Positions 44,779 through 48,106 of a stretch of DNA of 48,106 nucleotides are shown one piece after another. The position numbers and the translations under genes are program-made. Source of the stretch: a virus (Duplodnaviria > Caudoviricetes); IMG/VR virus record IMGVR_UViG_3300049436_000151, positions 1-48,106 of that record; one strand, written 5' to 3'. Positions within the stretch are counted from its first letter, which is position 1; each line of letters opens with the position of its first letter. The notes under the pieces are model-generated. The model was given only the letters and a program-made list of their open reading frames with translations, ran no database searches and was not told the DNA's origin.

Positions 44779-47700
44779 AAAGAAGCAGCAGGCGCTGTCT
44801 GATATCGTCCAAATTTCGCGCCAATACCAACGCTCAATCCGTGTCGACGCCGATATCGGCCGCGCGGACGCTCTCTCCGGCTACATCTGCCACGCGACCG
44901 CGACCGCTGTGATCGACGGTATGTGCAGGCAGCTAACCGGTACTAACCAACGCTGTTTTACGTGGACCGGCCCGTTTGGAGGCGGCAAGAGCTCGCTGGC
45001 CGTCGCTTTGGCGAGCGCGCTGCATCCGGACAAGAGTCTTCGGGCGAGGGCTCACCAAGCCCTGCATCTGGACTCAAAGCCTGCGTTCGAAAAAGCCTTC
45101 CCGGTTGAAAAAGGATGGTTGATCGTTCCGGCGGTGGGCCGGCGTGGTAGCGTCGTGGCCGAGCTCTATGCGGCGCTGCGTCGTGCGCAGGGTAAATCAG
45201 TCGACGGGCGCAGCAAACCCAACGCGCAGACCCTTATCTCCGATTTGGTCGAAGAGGCCAAGAGTCGCCCGTACGACGGCGCACTAGTCATCATTGACGA
45301 GATGGGTAAATTCTTGGAGGCTTCTGCCCTGGGCTCCGGAGACGATGTCTACTTCTTCCAGGAGCTGGCCGAAGCCGCTGCACGCTCCGAGGGGCGCTTG
45401 GTCGTTGTCGGCGTCTTGCATCAATCTTTCGCTCAGTATTCGGTCCGTTTGGGAATAGATACACGCGACGATTGGACTAAGGTTCAAGGCCGCTACGTCG
45501 ATTTGCCGTTCGTAGCCGCAAGTGACGAGGTCGTCGAGTTGATCGGTCGCGCAATCGAGGCTAAGGAGCGTCCGCCTTGGATGCACGACGCATCTAAAGC
45601 GATCGCCGAAGCGATCCGCTCGCGCAGGCCCGCCGTGGGACATAACTTCGCCGCGGCCTTGGAGGCCTGTTGGCCGCTGCATCCGGCCATGGCCGCACTA
45701 CTGGGCCCGATCTCCAAGCGGCAATTCGGACAGAACGAGCGCAGTACCTTCGGCTTCTTGTCGTCAGTGGAGCCGCATGGTTTCCGCTCCTATCTGAATA
45801 CGACGTTCAGAAGCGAGGCAAGTTGGTATCGCCCGAGCGATTACTGGGATTACCTACGTTCGAACCTGGAGCCGGCGATCCTCGCTTCTCCCGACGGCCA
45901 CCGCTGGTCGCAAGCCGTCGAAGCCGTGGAGCGTGCCGAGGCCAGGACGGGCGATGCCCTGTTGGTGTCGCTGATCAAGAACATCGCCGTCATCGACCTC
46001 TTCCGCAACGGCTCGGGCCTGGCGGCTGATACAAACGTCATCAGTGCGCTCTTCTATGACACGAAGCCCGAGGAGCTCGGTGCTGCACTAAGAAAGCTCT
46101 CTGATCTAAAAGTCGCCCTATACAAAAACTACACCGGCGCTTGGTCGGTTTTTGAAGGCAGCGACTTCGACATCGACGCGGCCATTGCCAAAGCCCTGGC
46201 TGCCTCCCCTGGCATCGACTACGCCCGGCTGGCGCAGCTAATGGGGTTGCATCCGGTGGTTGCAAAGCGGCACTATCACGAGACCGGCTCCATGCGCTGG
46301 ATGGAACTCTCGCTGTGCAGCATCGAGCAGGCAGAGAAGATCGCCACCGACTTCCGGCCCAAGAAGGGCGAGTTCGGAACATTCATTCTGGCTCTGCCGA
46401 GCAAAGGAATGAGCCCGCGAGCCGCGCGGCTGCGCGCGCAAGCTTGCTCGAAGCTTCGCCCGTGGCCCGTAATGGTGGGCATCCCCTCCAACCACGCCCG
46501 CATCGCAGAGCTCTCTGCCGAGCTGGTGGCTTTGGAGCAAGTGAAAGAACGCCATGAGCTCTCGGGCGATGCTGTCGCACGCCGAGAGGTTTACGCGCGC
46601 CTCGCCGCGACCCGGGCCGACCTTGAGGACCAACTTCAAGCAGCAGTGTCGCTGGCGAAGTGGCACGCCGGAACTGATGAAATTCTCGAGCCTGGCTCGA
46701 AGCTCTCCCCTGTGGCCTCAGAACTAGCGGAAGATCTATTCAGCGCCTCTCCACCGGTGTGGAGCGAGCTGGTGAACCGCGATAGCGTGTCGAGCAACAG
46801 CGTGAAGGCACGTCGCGACCTGCTGCACGCGATGATTAACGCCGAAGGCCAAGAGGCCTTGAGCTTCGAGGGCTTCCCCGCCGAGCGTGGGCTCTACGAG
46901 ACACTTCTACGAAGTACGGATATTCACCGTAAAGACGCTTCGGGAGCCTGGCGCTGCCTGCCACCAGGTGACGGATTCGCCGAAGGTTTCTCGAAGCTGT
47001 GGGATGCTACACGAGCCCTTTTCTCGGACGCCAACATTCGCGTGGGTGCTCACGAGATTTACGCCCTATGGAGCGCGCCTCCCTTTGGCATGAAGCTAGG
47101 CATTCAGCCGGTGATCCTCACGGCGTTCCTGCTTGCTCACAAGGCCAACATCGCAGTCTACAAAGATGGGATGTTCGTGCCTAGGCTCACCGACTTCGAT
47201 ATCGATGAGTGCCTCCAAGACCCAGACCGCTTCTCATTGCGTTGGGTGGCCATCGACGAGGACAAGAACCGGATCCTCGAGGGCATCTCGAGGCTACTGG
47301 CTGAGATCGGCGAAAACGTCGGGGCGTCCGACCCGCTCGAAGCCGCTCGCGGCCTAGTAGCCATGGTGTTCAACCTGCCCGAATGGGCTCGGAGGACGGC
47401 TCGACTAGGGCAAACAGCCAAGGCAATGCGCGACATGCTCTTGAAGGCCAGCGACCCTCACAAGGTCTTGTTCGTTGACCTAGCTTCCCTGCTGAGCGCC
47501 GCCGACGGCAAAGCATATGTGAAGGCATTGCGCGCGCCGCTGCAGGAGCTCGCCGGTGCCTACGGCAAGATGCTTGCGGAAGTTGAGGTCAAGATGCTCG
47601 AGGCCCTCGACGCAAGTCGAGATGACTTGGATGCGTTGAGGGAGCGCGCGAAGTCCGTCTCCGGCATTTCCGGCGATCTCCAGTTGGATGGCTTCGCCAC

Positions 47701-48106
47701 ACGCCTGGCCAACTTCGACGGATCGCGCGCTTCGCTTGAGGGCATCCTGAGCCTGGCTGCTGAGAGGCCCCCGCGCGACTGGGTAGACCGGCACATCGAT
47801 GCGGCAATCTTGGAGTTGGCGAAGTTTGCCCGGCGTTTCCGTGAGGCTGAGGCGTTCGTGGCCGTGCAAGGCCGTAAGGCGCACAGCGAAGCCATCGCCG
47901 TTGTCATCGGCGCAGGCTCGGACACCAAGACGATATCGCGCTCGTTCGCGATTTCCGACCGTCATCGTCAAACGGTGGAGGCCAAGGCCCAAGAGATTGC
48001 TTCTATGCTGGAAGGTCAAGGTCTGGGGACGGACTTGTTGCTGGCGATCCTGGCGAAGGCCGGAATGAAGCTCGTATCCATCGACGAGGAGGCTGCCAAT
48101 GGCTGA
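44771..48106 (+). CDS. sspC: Large P-loop ATPase, SspC-like
   Basis: YQRSIRVDAD, Walker A TGPFGGGKSS, Walker B IIDEMGKFLE, WTKVQGR, WPLHP, FGQNERS.F.FL; overlaps the DUF4007 stop. Confidence 0.7.
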   Translation: MTEKKQQALSDIVQISRQYQRSIRVDADIGRADALSGYICHATATAVIDGMCRQLTGTNQRCFTWTGPFGGGKSSLAVALASALHPDKSLRARAHQALHLDSKPAFEKAFPVEKGWLIVPAVGRRGSVVAELYAALRRAQGKSVDGRSKPNAQTLISDLVEEAKSRPYDGALVIIDEMGKFLEASALGSGDDVYFFQELAEAAARSEGRLVVVGVLHQSFAQYSVRLGIDTRDDWTKVQGRYVDLPFVAASDEVVELIGRAIEAKERPPWMHDASKAIAEAIRSRRPAVGHNFAAALEACWPLHPAMAALLGPISKRQFGQNERSTFGFLSSVEPHGFRSYLNTTFRSEASWYRPSDYWDYLRSNLEPAILASPDGHRWSQAVEAVERAEARTGDALLVSLIKNIAVIDLFRNGSGLAADTNVISALFYDTKPEELGAALRKLSDLKVALYKNYTGAWSVFEGSDFDIDAAIAKALAASPGIDYARLAQLMGLHPVVAKRHYHETGSMRWMELSLCSIEQAEKIATDFRPKKGEFGTFILALPSKGMSPRAARLRAQACSKLRPWPVMVGIPSNHARIAELSAELVALEQVKERHELSGDAVARREVYARLAATRADLEDQLQAAVSLAKWHAGTDEILEPGSKLSPVASELAEDLFSASPPVWSELVNRDSVSSNSVKARRDLLHAMINAEGQEALSFEGFPAERGLYETLLRSTDIHRKDASGAWRCLPPGDGFAEGFSKLWDATRALFSDANIRVGAHEIYALWSAPPFGMKLGIQPVILTAFLLAHKANIAVYKDGMFVPRLTDFDIDECLQDPDRFSLRWVAIDEDKNRILEGISRLLAEIGENVGASDPLEAARGLVAMVFNLPEWARRTARLGQTAKAMRDMLLKASDPHKVLFVDLASLLSAADGKAYVKALRAPLQELAGAYGKMLAEVEVKMLEALDASRDDLDALRERAKSVSGISGDLQLDGFATRLANFDGSRASLEGILSLAAERPPRDWVDRHIDAAILELAKFARRFREAEAFVAVQGRKAHSEAIAVVIGAGSDTKTISRSFAISDRHRQTVEAKAQEIASMLEGQGLGTDLLLAILAKAGMKLVSIDEEAANG

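Noticed and set aside
1-48106. tRNA, rRNA or IS elements
   Set aside because: None recognised by eye; a tRNAscan/Infernal/ISEScan run would be needed to exclude them formally

Overview
The window holds an apparently complete temperate siphovirus prophage (core about 4.9-43.7 kb) in GC-rich, probably proteobacterial DNA. In order it contains: a DUF2924 / large serine recombinase integration module; an early operon (excisionase-like HTH, Bro-N antirepressor, Sak4-like ATPase, SSB-like protein, Cas4-like nuclease, P4/D5 primase-helicase, RuvC-like resolvase, DUF6362 late regulator); a lambda-like cos region; two tandem ParB-DNA methyltransferases; a reverse-strand array of small ORFs; lambda-like packaging and head genes; a D3112/GTA-like tail tip; and lysis genes. 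To the left are an XRE + ImmA/IrrE metallopeptidase + trypsin-like protease operon, divergent from two uncharacterised genes and a DUF2188 gene. To the right begins an Ssp-like phosphorothioation locus (DUF4007 + large ATPase) that runs off the window. The main non-gene signals read from the DNA are: (1) four copies of a promoter/operator-like repeat, each heading a small-ORF cassette; (2) a cosQ/cosN/cosB-like site about 4.7 kb upstream of terS; (3) a 16-bp inverted repeat with an alternating purine-pyrimidine core after the primase (candidate origin); (4) a T7 slippery site for a tail-chaperone -1 frameshift; (5) a nested scaffold gene; (6) a three-gene putative head-fibre module between terL and gpW. 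All family calls come from motif recognition by eye; no database search was run.
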